64,000 nucleotides of DNA from NCBI GenBank assembly GCA_044229975.1, contig JBGARZ010000024.1:64001-128000 (forward strand), given 5' to 3'. Shown piece by piece: positions 1 to 10,218 of the stretch. Source of the stretch: Polyangiales bacterium (GTDB lineage Bacteria; Myxococcota_A; Polyangia; Polyangiales; Ga0077539). Below the pieces are notes generated by a model that was not told the origin of the DNA, ran no database searches, and was given only the letters and a program-made list of their open reading frames with translations. The position numbers and the translations under genes are program-made. The stretch's first letter is position 1. Every line of letters begins with the position of its first letter.

Positions 1-1
1 G

Positions 2-1222
2 CTCGACCGGCGGCGCGGACTGCTGCACCTCGCCTCCGCGGACGGCGCCCTGCGGTTGCGCGGGATCCTCTCCCTGGACGGCCCGCCGCTCGGGGTGACG
101 GCCCACGGCACCCGCGCGGCCGTCGCGCTGGGTTCGTCCGGGGTGATCCTCGTGGACCTCTCCGCCGACAGCCCGCGCATCGTCCGCCGGGTGAGCCCGC
201 CCTGCGTCGCGACCCGGGCGGACTTCACGGACACCTCCCTCGCCGTCGCGTGCTCGACCGGCGCGTGGCTCTATGACCTGCGCGGGACCGAGCCCAGGGT
301 CGCGGACTTCGACCCGGCCGAGTACGGCGTCCTCGACGTGGCCTTCAGCGACGAGGGCCGCACGCTGTGGGTCGCCGACTGGCGCACGCTGCTGGCGTTT
401 GGCGTCGACCCGACGGGCCACGCGTACCTCCCCGACGTCTCCGGCGGCGCGTACCTCCAGCCGGGAGGCACGGCGACGGTCGCGGCGCGCAACCCCGGCG
501 ACGTCTCCCTCACCTTCGCCTTCTCCCGGGTGGTCGAAGGCGACCAGGGGGTGGAGATCGAGGCCATCGGAGAGGCCGTCGCCCGGCCCGGCGAGGTGGT
601 GCGCTTCCGCGTGGCGGGCGCGCAGCTCGCGGCGTGGTCCGACCCGCGACAGCGGTCGACACGGTTCCTGGTGACGAGCCGCGAGTCGGTCGCATGGCAG
701 CGGCCCGCGCAGGGCATCGCCCGCTTCGTCGTGGCCGATCACGGACTGCCCGGCGATCGTCCGCCCGCGGAGGGAGAGACCTTCCCGCACTGGAACGCCC
801 GGCCCGGCGCCCCCGGCCCGGCGTCTCTCCCGCCCACCGGCCCGAGCGACCTCGTGCTGCTGCTCCCCGACTGCGCGCTCCAGTGGGGCGCCATCGAAGA
901 CCTGGCCTGGCAGCGGCGCAACGGCCGCCTGCTCCCCAACCGGCAGCTCGTCATGCTCAGTCTCTCGTTCGGGCGAGAGCTCGACGAACCCTCCCGCATC
1001 CAGGCGCTCCGGCGCCTCGACGCCGCCGAGCTCGGCGGCTACGCCCTCGGCGACTACCTGGGCGACCTCACCATGGGCCAATCGAGCGGCGCGTTCATCG
1101 ACCGCGCCTTCTCCTCCCGCTTCATCGGCGGCGGGGACTTCACCGAGGTGTTCAGCCTCGACGCCGCGGGCGTCCTCCAGCACACCGACCGCATCTACCG
1201 CGGCACCTGGCCCCTGCGCTGA
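2..1222 (+). CDS. Partial (5'-truncated) hypothetical protein; beta-propeller-like repeats plus possible degenerate thioredoxin-like C-terminal domain
   Basis: Frame is open from base 2 with no stop before the listed start at 56. LVIVD-like strands (GVILVDLS, GAWLYDLR). C-terminal GETFP...LLPDCALQW resembles a redoxin fold with one Cys. Confidence 0.5.
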   Translation, partial: LDRRRGLLHLASADGALRLRGILSLDGPPLGVTAHGTRAAVALGSSGVILVDLSADSPRIVRRVSPPCVATRADFTDTSLAVACSTGAWLYDLRGTEPRVADFDPAEYGVLDVAFSDEGRTLWVADWRTLLAFGVDPTGHAYLPDVSGGAYLQPGGTATVAARNPGDVSLTFAFSRVVEGDQGVEIEAIGEAVARPGEVVRFRVAGAQLAAWSDPRQRSTRFLVTSRESVAWQRPAQGIARFVVADHGLPGDRPPAEGETFPHWNARPGAPGPASLPPTGPSDLVLLLPDCALQWGAIEDLAWQRRNGRLLPNRQLVMLSLSFGRELDEPSRIQALRRLDAAELGGYALGDYLGDLTMGQSSGAFIDRAFSSRFIGGGDFTEVFSLDAAGVLQHTDRIYRGTWPLR

Positions 1223-1223
1223 C

Positions 1224-1255
1224 GCCTGAACGTCTCGACGTCATGACGTCTGGAC
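1224..1255. repeat. Tandem 8-bp GTCYRGAC-like array (4 units)
   Basis: GCCTGAAC-GTCTCGAC-GTCATGAC-GTCTGGAC in the intergenic gap. Confidence 0.75.
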
Positions 1256-1326
1256 GTTGGCGGCTCACCGCCTCGACCCGCGAAGGCCGCTTCCATTAGG
1301 CTCCGACCGCGGAGACATCCGCTGCC

Positions 1327-3204
1327 ATGAGCCTCCTGCGCACCACCTGGTTTCTGTGCCTCGCGCTGTGGCTCGTCGGCGGAGGCTGTAGTCGCCCCGG
1401 AGCGAGGCCCACGGACGACGTCGGCAGCGTCCTCCCCGAGGACGTTCCGCTCAACCCCACCTTCGACATCCCCTCGTTCGACGTCGCCACCGTCCGTGAC
1501 ATCGGCGACGTCGGCGACGTCGTGCTCACCTGCGCGCTCAACCGCGACTGTCCCCGCGGGCAGCGCTGCCTCCAGGGGCGCTGCGTCGAGGACGTCTGCC
1601 TCGCCGCCGAGACCGCCTGCGGCAACGACCGCTGCGACATGCGCTGCGTGCCCATCCGCGACCTCTGCGCGGGCATCACCTGCGGGCCTGGCCAGACCTG
1701 CGTCAACGGCCGGTGCGCGGCCGGGTGCTTCCCCGCGCCGTGCGCCGGGGTGGTCTGCCCGGCGGGGCAGTTCTGCAACGAGGGCACCGGCGCCTGCGCG
1801 CGCATCACCCCGTGCCCGGGCTACTGCGACGACGGGTACGCCTGTCACATCACGTGCACCCCGCGCACGCCCTGCGACGCCGTGACGTGCGCGACCAACG
1901 AGGTGTGCTCCGACGGCCGCTGCGTGCCCAACCGCTGCGCGGGCGTGTCGTGCTCCCCCGGGTCGCTCTGCATCGACGGGAGCTGCGTCGACACCTGCGC
2001 CTGCGCCACGCCCTGCAACCGTTCGCCGCGCGACCGCTGCGTGGTCGGCCGCTGCACCTGCGACCGCACCTGCACCGCGACGACCCGCTGCGGCGCCGAC
2101 GACGGCTGCGGCGGGCGCTGCGTGGGCCCCTGCGAGAACCCCTTCGCCACCTGCGACCCGGTGACCTTCGGCTGCGATTGTGTCCCGCGCTGCGGCACCG
2201 ACCGATCGTGCGGCCAGGACGACGGCTGCGGCTCGCGCTGCACCGAGGGCTGCGCCGCGGGCGAGCGCTGCGACCCCGCCCTGGGGCGCTGCATCTGCAT
2301 CCAGCGGTGCCTGGGCCCCGAGGTGCTCGCGAGCACCTTCTGCGGGGTGCCGGTGCCCAACGTCTGCCCCGACGGACCCGTCTGCGGAACCGGCACCATG
2401 TGCCCCGCCGGGCAGGTCTGCGACCGCAACCTCATGCGCTGCGTGTGCTCGGGGCCCGACTGCCCGCCGCCGAGCGACGCCATGACGCCGCCCACCGGCG
2501 GCGGCGACGGCACCGCCATCTGCCCGATGGGCCTCTCGGCCTGCATGGGCAGTTGTTACAACACCCAGACCGACCGCGATCACTGCGGCGACTGCCGCGG
2601 CGACTGCCCCGACGACACCACCTGCGTGGCCGGCCAGTGCCGGTGCGCGGCGGGGCTCACCCTGTGCGGCGTCCGCTGCGTCAACACGCAGACCGAGAAC
2701 GGCAACTGCGGCACGTGCGGCACCGTCTGCGCCGCCGGCCTCTCCTGCCAGGCCGGGCGCTGCCAGTGCTCCACGGCGTGCGTCGTCGACCTCAACGTCG
2801 TGGCGTGCGGGACGGAGGTTCCGAGCCCGTGCCCGGGCGGGCCCTCGTGCGGGTACGGCCGGCTGTGCCCCGCGGGGCGGTCGTGCGACGTGCGGACGCG
2901 CACCTGCGTGTGCGTCCCCAACTGCCCTCCCGGCGGTCGCTGCGGCAACGCCGACGGCTGCGGCGGAACCTGCGTGGGCAACTGCAGCACCGGCGAGACG
3001 TGCACCCAGGACTCCACCGACCCGCGGCGCTTCTTCTGCTCCGCCGCGGGCTGCGCCGCGGGCTGCCGCTGCGACGAGGTCTGCTCCATGAACCGCTGCG
3101 TGCAGGTCACCTGCGCGGGCGGCGACCGGCCGTGCCCCTGCGTGTGCTGCCCCTTCGGCGAGATGTGCGTCGGCGGGAGCACCTGCGTCCCGATTCCGCC
3201 GTAG
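1327..3204 (+). CDS. Cysteine-rich repeat lipoprotein (myxobacterial disulfide/EGF-like repeats)
   Basis: Lipoprotein-like signal ending LVGGGC; extremely Cys-rich; repeated CGxxDGCGxxC (x3) and CxNTQT[DE]xx[HN]CGxC (x2). Confidence 0.85.
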   Translation: MSLLRTTWFLCLALWLVGGGCSRPGARPTDDVGSVLPEDVPLNPTFDIPSFDVATVRDIGDVGDVVLTCALNRDCPRGQRCLQGRCVEDVCLAAETACGNDRCDMRCVPIRDLCAGITCGPGQTCVNGRCAAGCFPAPCAGVVCPAGQFCNEGTGACARITPCPGYCDDGYACHITCTPRTPCDAVTCATNEVCSDGRCVPNRCAGVSCSPGSLCIDGSCVDTCACATPCNRSPRDRCVVGRCTCDRTCTATTRCGADDGCGGRCVGPCENPFATCDPVTFGCDCVPRCGTDRSCGQDDGCGSRCTEGCAAGERCDPALGRCICIQRCLGPEVLASTFCGVPVPNVCPDGPVCGTGTMCPAGQVCDRNLMRCVCSGPDCPPPSDAMTPPTGGGDGTAICPMGLSACMGSCYNTQTDRDHCGDCRGDCPDDTTCVAGQCRCAAGLTLCGVRCVNTQTENGNCGTCGTVCAAGLSCQAGRCQCSTACVVDLNVVACGTEVPSPCPGGPSCGYGRLCPAGRSCDVRTRTCVCVPNCPPGGRCGNADGCGGTCVGNCSTGETCTQDSTDPRRFFCSAAGCAAGCRCDEVCSMNRCVQVTCAGGDRPCPCVCCPFGEMCVGGSTCVPIPP

Positions 3205-3209
3205 CGGCG

Positions 3210-3776
3210 CTACGTCGCGTCGGCTTCGAGCGCGCCCGCGAGGGCGTGCAGCGCGAGGGCGTGCACCTCCTGGATGCGCGCCACCACGGACGAGGGCACC
3301 GAGATCACCGCGTCGGCGTGGGCCGCGAGGGGGGTGTTCTCGGCGCGGCCCGTGAGCGCCACGACGGCGCAGCCGAGCGAGCGGGCGGCGGCGGCGGCGG
3401 CGACCGCGTTGGGCGAGCGGCCGCTGGTGGAGAGCGCGACGAGCACGTCGCCGGGGCGGGCGAGGGCCTCGACCTGGCGCGCGAAGACCCGCGAGAAGTC
3501 CGAGTCGTTGGCGACGGCGGTGAGGGTGACGGTGTCTGCGGTGAGGGCGACGGCGGCGATGGGCGCGCGGTCGACGCGGTAGCGCCCAACGAGCTCGGCG
3601 GCGAAGTGCTGGGCCGAGGCGGCGCTGCCTCCGTTGCCGCAGACGAGCACCTTGGCGCCGGGGCGGGCGAGCGCGGCGCGCAGGAGACCAGAGGCGCGGT
3701 CGACCTCCGCGGGCAGCGTCGCGCGGCAGTCGTCGAGGACGCGCCGCAGCTCGTCGAGTTCATCCAGCAGGGACAT
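3210..3776 (-). CDS. gmhA: Phosphoheptose (D-sedoheptulose-7-phosphate) isomerase, SIS domain
   Basis: CGNGGSAASAQHFAAELVGRY, TAVAND, LSTSGRSPN and IQEVH motifs. Confidence 0.92.
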   Translation of the reverse strand: MSLLDELDELRRVLDDCRATLPAEVDRASGLLRAALARPGAKVLVCGNGGSAASAQHFAAELVGRYRVDRAPIAAVALTADTVTLTAVANDSDFSRVFARQVEALARPGDVLVALSTSGRSPNAVAAAAAARSLGCAVVALTGRAENTPLAAHADAVISVPSSVVARIQEVHALALHALAGALEADAT

Positions 3777-3832
3777 GGCGGTGGGCGATCATCGGCCACA
3801 ACACCGCCGGGACGAAGGCGGTCAATTCGGGC

Positions 3833-3974
3833 ATCTAGACGTCCAGACCTCTGGACGCCTGAACTACCGGGCAACGAAAACACCTTCATCCATCGGTGTT
3901 TTCGAGTGGCGATGGCGCGCCGGGGTGATTGAACGTCTAGACGGCTTGGACCCTGGAGGACTAGACGTCTCGCC
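3833..3974. promoter_or_regulatory. Two tandem 8-bp arrays upstream of parA (putative centromere/operator)
   Basis: ATCTAGAC-GTCCAGAC-CTCTGGAC-GCCTGAAC (3833-3864) and GATTGAAC-GTCTAGAC...GACTAGAC-GTCTCGCC (3927-3974), ending 2 nt before the parA GTG. Confidence 0.7.
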
Positions 3975-3976
3975 CT

Positions 3977-4666
3977 GTGATCGTTGCACTGACTGGACAG
4001 AAGGGCGGCGTCGGCAAGAGCACCCTGGCGATCTGCATCGCCGCAGAGCTGCTCGAACGACGCCACAAGGTGCTGCTCGTCGACGCCGACCCGCAGGGGA
4101 CCATCCGCACCTGGGGCGAGGTCGCGGCCGAGGCCGGGCGCGCGATGCCGACCATCGTCTCCATGGGGTCGACGATGCACCGGCCCGAGCAGCTGCCGAC
4201 GGTTCGGCAGGGCTACGACGACGTCATCATCGACTGCCCGCCGCGCCACGGGGACATCCAGCGCTCGGCCCTCATGGCGGCCGACCTGGCGCTGTTGCCG
4301 TGCGGTCCGTCGTCGGCCGACGCGTGGGCGCTCGCCGCGAGCATCGACCTCGTCAACGAGGCCCGCTCGCTGCGAACCGACCTCGAAGCCCGCATCGTCA
4401 TCACCCGCAGGCAGGTGCGAACCGCCCTCGGACGCAGCGCCCGCGAGGAGCTGGAGAAGAGCGGCGTCGAGCTGCTCAAGGCCGAGCTCGGGTACCGCGT
4501 GGCCTACGCCGAGTCGCTCGGCGCGGGGCAGGGCGTGACCACGTACGCCCCGAAGGACGCGGCGGCGCTGGAGATCCGCGCGCTCGTGGGCGAGCTGCTC
4601 GCGTGGGAGAAGCAGCGGGTCGCGGTCGAAGAGACGCCGAAGGCGAAGGTCGCGCGCAAGCGTTAG
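3977..4666 (+). CDS. parA: ParA family partition ATPase (short type Ib, ParF-like)
   Basis: Deviant Walker A QKGGVGKST, LLVDADPQG, VIIDCPP; 229 aa with no N-terminal HTH. Confidence 0.92.
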   Translation: MIVALTGQKGGVGKSTLAICIAAELLERRHKVLLVDADPQGTIRTWGEVAAEAGRAMPTIVSMGSTMHRPEQLPTVRQGYDDVIIDCPPRHGDIQRSALMAADLALLPCGPSSADAWALAASIDLVNEARSLRTDLEARIVITRRQVRTALGRSAREELEKSGVELLKAELGYRVAYAESLGAGQGVTTYAPKDAAALEIRALVGELLAWEKQRVAVEETPKAKVARKR

Positions 4667-6471
4667 TCGGGCTGCACCGTACGCAGCTCGCGGTCGCCGT
4701 GGAGGTCGCGGTAGCTGCGGCGCAGGCCGTAGCAGCGCTGGGCGAGCGCGCAACCGTCGCACGCCGACGGGTGGACGAACTCGCCCTGGTCGTAGTCCTC
4801 GGGGATCTCGCCGAGGAGCGCGGGCCGGGCCTCGGCAGGAACAAGGCACAGCGGGATGCCGCACATGGAGTCGAAGCCCCGCACGTCGACCTTGAGGGCG
4901 GACGCCTCGGCGAGCGCGACGAAGAGCTGCGGGAGCACGTCGGCGTAGCGCGGGACGAGGGCGGTGGGCACCACGTCGCTCGACGCGAACACGAAGGACA
5001 CGTTGAGAATCGCCCGCGGCCAGCGCGCGGCCACGAGGCGCACCATCGGGAGCAGCGCGTCGCGGTTGGCGGCCATGAGCACGAAGTTGATGACCAGCGT
5101 GACGTCCTCGTGGCGGTGGAGCTGGTCGAGGCCGAGGAGGGTTTTGACGAAGGTTCCGGGGGACTCGGTGAGGGCGTCGGAGAGCTCGGCGGTGTCGGCG
5201 TGCAGCGAGACCATCACCCACCCAACCCCCGCGGCGACGAGCGCGTCGGTGAGCGCCGGGTCGGCGAGGCGCACGGCGTTGGTCTGGAGCGCCACCACGT
5301 GGGGGCCGTGGGCGCGGGCGAGGGCGACGTACTCGACGAGGCGCGGGTTGAGCGTGGGCTCGCCGCCGGTGAGGCTCACGCGGCGACCGGCGCGGGCGGC
5401 CGTGACGATGGCGTCGCGCACGGCGGCGTCGGTGGCGGGCGGCAGGTGCGTCGACACGAAGCAGAACGCGCACGACTGGTTGCAGTGGAAGTTCACGCGG
5501 ACGAGGGTCTCGTCGACGACCTCGCCGGTGACCTGGTCGGTGTAGCGGCTGGGCTGCGCGAGCTCGCGGCGCACCTGGTCTTCGACCGTGTCGATGAGCG
5601 AGAGCCGACGGCGCACGCGGTCTTCCGTGATGGGGCGCAGCGCGACGCCCGGGTGGCGCGCGAGGTAGGCCGTGGGGACGCCCGGGCAACGATCGCGCAG
5701 CGAGCACCGACTGCAGGGCGGAGGGTGCGCGCGGTCGGCGCGGGGCGCAGCGCCGGGCGTGAGCGCATAGAGGCTCGACACGGCCGCGGGCTGCGGGAAG
5801 AAGCAGGGCGGCGGGCCGCTGTCGGGCGACAGCTTGAACGACAGCCCCGCGCGGCGGGCCGAGGCGTGGGCGGCCGAGAGGGCGGCGCACGCCTCCTCGT
5901 AGGTCACGAGCTGCGAGGGGTCGGGTGACTCCGTGGGGACGCGCACGCGCAGACCGCGCAGCGACGGGCCCAGCGCGTCGACGAGCTGCTCGGGGAGCGC
6001 GCCGAGGGAGTTCAGGGTCGCGCGGATGACCACGGCGGAGACCTCCACCGCCACGCCCGCGGCGAGCAGCGCGCGGATGCCGGCGAGGGTGCGTGCGAAG
6101 CCGCCCGGGTCGCGGGTGATGGCGTCGAGGGCGTCGCCCCAGGCGGTGAGGTTGACCCGCGCGAGGGTGAGCCCGGCGACGTGGAGGGCGCGGGCGCGGT
6201 CGGCGTCGAGGAGGGTGGCGTTGGTCTCCAGCGTGACCTCGGTCGCACCACCTCGACGGGCCTCGGCGATGAGGCCGGGGAGGTCGTTGCGCATCCCGGG
6301 CTCGCCGCCGGAGATCACCACCTCGCGTACCGTCTGCGCGGCGGCGTCACGCAAGCGGGCGAGCACGGCGCCGGTGTGGATCTCCGCGCGCGATTCGGCC
6401 ACCACGCGAACGTTGCAGTAGGTGCAGTTCTGGTTGCAGGTGCGGTGCGTGGTGATGAGCTGTGAGCGCAC
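4663..6471 (-). CDS. Twin-domain radical SAM protein (two HxsC-like domains)
   Basis: CNQNCTYC and CNQSCAFC, two GGEP motifs, two Cx2Cx5C tails; GTG start at 6471 preceded by GGAGG. Confidence 0.9.
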   Translation of the reverse strand: MRSQLITTHRTCNQNCTYCNVRVVAESRAEIHTGAVLARLRDAAAQTVREVVISGGEPGMRNDLPGLIAEARRGGATEVTLETNATLLDADRARALHVAGLTLARVNLTAWGDALDAITRDPGGFARTLAGIRALLAAGVAVEVSAVVIRATLNSLGALPEQLVDALGPSLRGLRVRVPTESPDPSQLVTYEEACAALSAAHASARRAGLSFKLSPDSGPPPCFFPQPAAVSSLYALTPGAAPRADRAHPPPCSRCSLRDRCPGVPTAYLARHPGVALRPITEDRVRRRLSLIDTVEDQVRRELAQPSRYTDQVTGEVVDETLVRVNFHCNQSCAFCFVSTHLPPATDAAVRDAIVTAARAGRRVSLTGGEPTLNPRLVEYVALARAHGPHVVALQTNAVRLADPALTDALVAAGVGWVMVSLHADTAELSDALTESPGTFVKTLLGLDQLHRHEDVTLVINFVLMAANRDALLPMVRLVAARWPRAILNVSFVFASSDVVPTALVPRYADVLPQLFVALAEASALKVDVRGFDSMCGIPLCLVPAEARPALLGEIPEDYDQGEFVHPSACDGCALAQRCYGLRRSYRDLHGDRELRTVQPD

Positions 6472-6499
6472 CGGGCGTTCCTCCGGAAGGGGGGAGCGG

Positions 6500-7738
6500 T
6501 CAGTGTGGCACAGGGCGCTCCCAGGCGCGGAGGGCGTCGACGAGGCCGTCGGCGGAGCGCTCGTCGCGCAGCGCGCGGATGGGCAGGAAGACGCCCCGGC
6601 GCGGGAGGCTGGTGGAGATAGGGAAGCGCCGCGCGTCGCCCGTGGACGAGGTGAGGTAGTCGCTGCGCGCGTCGTAGCCACGGGCCAGCAGGTGGCGGCG
6701 GAAGCCCCACGGATCATCGACGCGGGCCACGAGGTTGAGGCCGGTGGCGTGACGGTCGTCCTCCCATGGGCCGAGCCCCACGCGCGGCCACGGACCGGCC
6801 GCGAGGATGCGCTGTGTGAGGGCGCGCTGGAGGGCGACGTCGCGGTCGACGTGGGCGAGGTGCTCGCTGGCGAGTCGCGCGCACGGGGCCGGGAGGCGGG
6901 CGAAGGTGGGCCAGGCGCGCGGGTTCGTCGGGGCGGGGAGCTCGGTCATGGCGCGGTCGAGGAGATCAACGCCACGGCCAACGAGGCGCGCGTGGGGCGG
7001 ACGAACGAGCGCGGGGTAGGAGCGGTCGCCGAAGAGCAAGGTTCCGCCGAGGGCGGAGAGCAGCGAGCGGACGAGCTCACCGCGCGGCACCTCACCGAGC
7101 GTCGGAGCAAGCGCTGCGATGGCGGCCGCGGTCTCGTCGTCGTCGGTGAGGACCACGCCGCCCATCACCCCGGTGAGCCCCTTGGTCAGGCTCAAACTGA
7201 ACGACCCACCCAGACTCCAGCGCCCCACGTGGCGGCCGTCGACGGAGGCGCCGAAGGCGTGGGCGCAGTCCTCGTAGAGGGCGATGCCGTGGTCGCGGGC
7301 GAAGGCGCTCCAGGCACGCAGGTCGTTGGGTCGGCCGAAGTAGTGACCGAGGAGGAGCGCGCGGGTGCGCGGGGTGAGCGCGCGCTCGACGGCCTCGGGC
7401 GTGGGCTCGCCGTGGGGAGACGTGACGTCGACGAAGACGGGCGTGAGACCCGCGCGGCGCACCATCTCGGGGACGGCGAAGAAGTTGTAGTCGGGCAGCA
7501 CCACCTCGGCGCCGGGGTGCGCGCGACCGAGCGGCGCGAGCAGGGCGTAGAGCCCGGTGCGGCCGTCGGGGAGCAGGAAGGCGTGGCGCGCCCCGGTGTA
7601 CGCGACGACGGCGGCGCGCAGGGCCTCGCGGTCGTCCGCGGCGCCGCGACCGGCAGCGCCCTCGGCGAGCGCGCGGGACAGCTCGCGCAGGAGCGACGCG
7701 GTTGCGAGCGGGACCACTTCGCGCGGGACGGCGACCAT
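6500..7738 (-). CDS. DegT/DnrJ/EryC1/StrS family PLP-dependent aminotransferase
   Basis: GLTPVFVDV, HYFG, EDCAHAFGA and SFSLSLTKG (PLP lysine); start re-placed at ATG 7738. Confidence 0.85.
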   Translation of the reverse strand: MVAVPREVVPLATASLLRELSRALAEGAAGRGAADDREALRAAVVAYTGARHAFLLPDGRTGLYALLAPLGRAHPGAEVVLPDYNFFAVPEMVRRAGLTPVFVDVTSPHGEPTPEAVERALTPRTRALLLGHYFGRPNDLRAWSAFARDHGIALYEDCAHAFGASVDGRHVGRWSLGGSFSLSLTKGLTGVMGGVVLTDDDETAAAIAALAPTLGEVPRGELVRSLLSALGGTLLFGDRSYPALVRPPHARLVGRGVDLLDRAMTELPAPTNPRAWPTFARLPAPCARLASEHLAHVDRDVALQRALTQRILAAGPWPRVGLGPWEDDRHATGLNLVARVDDPWGFRRHLLARGYDARSDYLTSSTGDARRFPISTSLPRRGVFLPIRALRDERSADGLVDALRAWERPVPH

Positions 7739-7764
7739 GGGGCGCACGGTACGATGACCCCGCC

Positions 7765-8592
7765 ATGAGCCGCGTGGACTACGACCGCTGGGAGCCACGG
7801 CTCGACGCGCTGCGCGCGGACTGGGCGGCGGCGCGGCCGTTTCCGCACGTGGTGCTCGACGACTTCCTCGACCCGGCGGTGTGCCGCGCGCTCGTCGCGG
7901 AGGAGTTTCGCGACGTGGGCTCGGCGGGGTGGATCGAGAACCGGCACTACAGCCAGCGGCTGCGCTCGCGCAACGGCCGCGACGGCTTCGGGGCGTCCGC
8001 CCGCGCGCTGCTCGACGAGCTGGACTCACCGCGCTTTCGTGGGTTCGTCGAGCGTCTCACGGGCGAGACGGGTCTCTTCCTCGACCGCGAGATGCTGGAC
8101 GGCGGCGTGAGCGCGATGGGTAGCGGGGACTTCTTCGACCTGCACACGGACATGCGCTCGCACGCCCGCCACCGCCGCTGGATGCGCCGCGTGAACCTCA
8201 TCGTCTACCTGACCGAGACGTGGCGCGACGACTGGAACGGCGCCCTCGAGCTCTGGAGCGCCGACGCCCGACGCTGCGAGCAGCGCATCGCACCGCGCTA
8301 CAACCGCGCGGTGTTCTTCGAGGTGGGCGACGGGGCCGTGCACGGCGTGCCGGAGCCGCTCGCGTGCCCGCCCGGGGTGATGCGGCTCAACCTCGTCCTC
8401 TACTACTTCCGCGACGCCGGCCGGGAGGTGGCGCTCACGCACTTCCGCTACCGGGCGCGCCCCGACGAAGCCCGGCGGCGGCCGCTGGTGTGGGCCAACA
8501 ACGCCGCGCTGCTGGTCTACCAGGCCGCGCGTCGAACCCTCGGGGTGAGCGACGAGCAGGTGAGCCGGGTGCTCCGGGCGCTGCGGCGCTGA
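7765..8592 (+). CDS. 2OG-Fe(II) oxygenase (prolyl-hydroxylase-like)
   Basis: PFPHVVLDDFL, LHTD, NLIVYL, GALELW, HGVP...R motifs. Confidence 0.88.
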   Translation: MSRVDYDRWEPRLDALRADWAAARPFPHVVLDDFLDPAVCRALVAEEFRDVGSAGWIENRHYSQRLRSRNGRDGFGASARALLDELDSPRFRGFVERLTGETGLFLDREMLDGGVSAMGSGDFFDLHTDMRSHARHRRWMRRVNLIVYLTETWRDDWNGALELWSADARRCEQRIAPRYNRAVFFEVGDGAVHGVPEPLACPPGVMRLNLVLYYFRDAGREVALTHFRYRARPDEARRRPLVWANNAALLVYQAARRTLGVSDEQVSRVLRALRR

Positions 8593-8607
8593 GATACGCT
8601 GCGGGTC

Positions 8608-10086
8608 GTGCGCGTCCTGCTCGTCAACCCGCCGCCCCGGATGTTGGTCGACCAGTTCGACACGCCGGACTTCAGCCGCGTGGGACTGGCGTACCTCGCG
8701 GCCATGCTGCGGCGCGACCCGGACTGCGAGGTCGCCATCGTCGACGCGCGGCTCGAACGCCTGCGCCACGCCGACGTGCTCGCACGCGCGCAGAGCTTCG
8801 CGCCGGACGTGGTGGGGGTGACGGCGTTCACCAACGAGGTGAAGGCCGCGGCGCGGGTGGCCCGCGGCATCAAGCGGGCGTCGCCCACGACGGTGACGGT
8901 GATCGGCGGGGCGCACGTCTCGGCGCTGCCCGAGGAGACGCTGGAGGAGTTCGCGGAGTTCGACGTCGGGGTGGTGGGCGAAGGGGAGCACACGCTCGAC
9001 GCGCTGGTGCACGCGCTCGGTCGGAGAGAGCCGCTGGAGGGCATCGCGGGGCTCGTCTACCGCCGCGGGGACTCGACCCACCGCACCGAGGAGCGCGCCA
9101 ACGAGAGCGACCTCGACCGCTTCCCGCGACCCGCGTGGGACCTGCTGCCTGCGGCGCGGCGCGCGTTGCTCGTCACCCAGCGCGGCTGCCCCTACGCCTG
9201 CACCTTCTGCCAGAACCCTGGCGGTCGTCGCGTGCGGCAACACTCGGCGGCGCGGGTGCTCTCCGACATCGACTGGCTCGTGACCCACCAGCGCGTCGAG
9301 GAGCTGCTGGTCTGCGACGAGATCTTCACCGTCGACGCGCCGCGCACCGAGGCGCTGCTCGACACGATGATCGCCGCGAGGGTGGGCGACCGCGTCCGGT
9401 GGTGGGCGCAGACGCACGTCAACACGGCGAGCCGACGGCTCTTCGAGAAGATGCGCGCGGCGGGGTGTTTTCGCGTGGGCCTCGGCATCGAGACGGGCGA
9501 CGCCGACGCGATGCGCGCGATGCACAAGGGCATCTCGCGCGCGAAGGTGCTGGCCGCGCGGCGCATGGCCGCCGAGGCGGGCCTCGCGGTGGAGGGGTTG
9601 TTCATCCTGGGGCACCCCGGCGAGACCTGGGCGAGCGCGATGCGAACGGTGGACTTCGCGGTGGAGCTCGACCCGGAGATCCCGGTGTTTTCGACGATGG
9701 TTCCGTACCCGGGGACGCGCGTGGCGGAGATGGCCGCGAAGGGGGAGGGCGGCTACCGGCTGCTCTCGCGCGACTGGGACGACTACATCAACCAGATCGG
9801 GCACTCGCTGGCCTTCGAGCACCTGTCGCGGCGGCAGATGGAGCTGCTCCAGCTCTACGCGTACCTCAAGGTCTTCGCGGGCAACCGCCGCTGGAGTGAC
9901 CTCGCGCGCTTCGGGTGGACCTACCGCTCCGAGGGGATCGCGGTGGTGCGAAAGCTCTTCTCGGGCGCGATGCCGACGCCCGCGGAGCCCGACGCGGACG
10001 ACACCGCGCGCTTCGAGCGGGCGCCGATGTACTTCGAAGAAGCGACGAAGCGAGCGAGCCGCGTGTCGCTACCGCTGGTGGGCTGA
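8608..10086 (+). CDS. B12-binding radical SAM protein
   Basis: VLLVNPP, GLAYLAA, IGGAHVS cobalamin-binding domain; RGCPYACTFC; GIETG; PYPGT. Confidence 0.93.
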   Translation: MRVLLVNPPPRMLVDQFDTPDFSRVGLAYLAAMLRRDPDCEVAIVDARLERLRHADVLARAQSFAPDVVGVTAFTNEVKAAARVARGIKRASPTTVTVIGGAHVSALPEETLEEFAEFDVGVVGEGEHTLDALVHALGRREPLEGIAGLVYRRGDSTHRTEERANESDLDRFPRPAWDLLPAARRALLVTQRGCPYACTFCQNPGGRRVRQHSAARVLSDIDWLVTHQRVEELLVCDEIFTVDAPRTEALLDTMIAARVGDRVRWWAQTHVNTASRRLFEKMRAAGCFRVGLGIETGDADAMRAMHKGISRAKVLAARRMAAEAGLAVEGLFILGHPGETWASAMRTVDFAVELDPEIPVFSTMVPYPGTRVAEMAAKGEGGYRLLSRDWDDYINQIGHSLAFEHLSRRQMELLQLYAYLKVFAGNRRWSDLARFGWTYRSEGIAVVRKLFSGAMPTPAEPDADDTARFERAPMYFEEATKRASRVSLPLVG

Positions 10087-10107
10087 CGGGCTCAGGACAT
10101 GCGCGCG

Positions 10108-10216
10108 GCGGAGAGAGCCGCCAGGGCGCAAGGGGCGCAAGGACCGGAGGGATGAGGTTCTGCGCGGAGAAATCTTTCTCTCCTTGCGCCCCTTGCGCCC
10201 TGGCGGCTCTCTCCGC
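10108..10216. repeat. Perfect 36-bp inverted repeat with 37-nt spacer (REP-like; possible bidirectional terminator)
   Basis: GCGGAGAGAGCCGCCAGGGCGCAAGGGGCGCAAGGA (10108-10143) and its exact reverse complement (10181-10216), between convergent genes. Confidence 0.9.
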
Positions 10217-10218
10217 GG

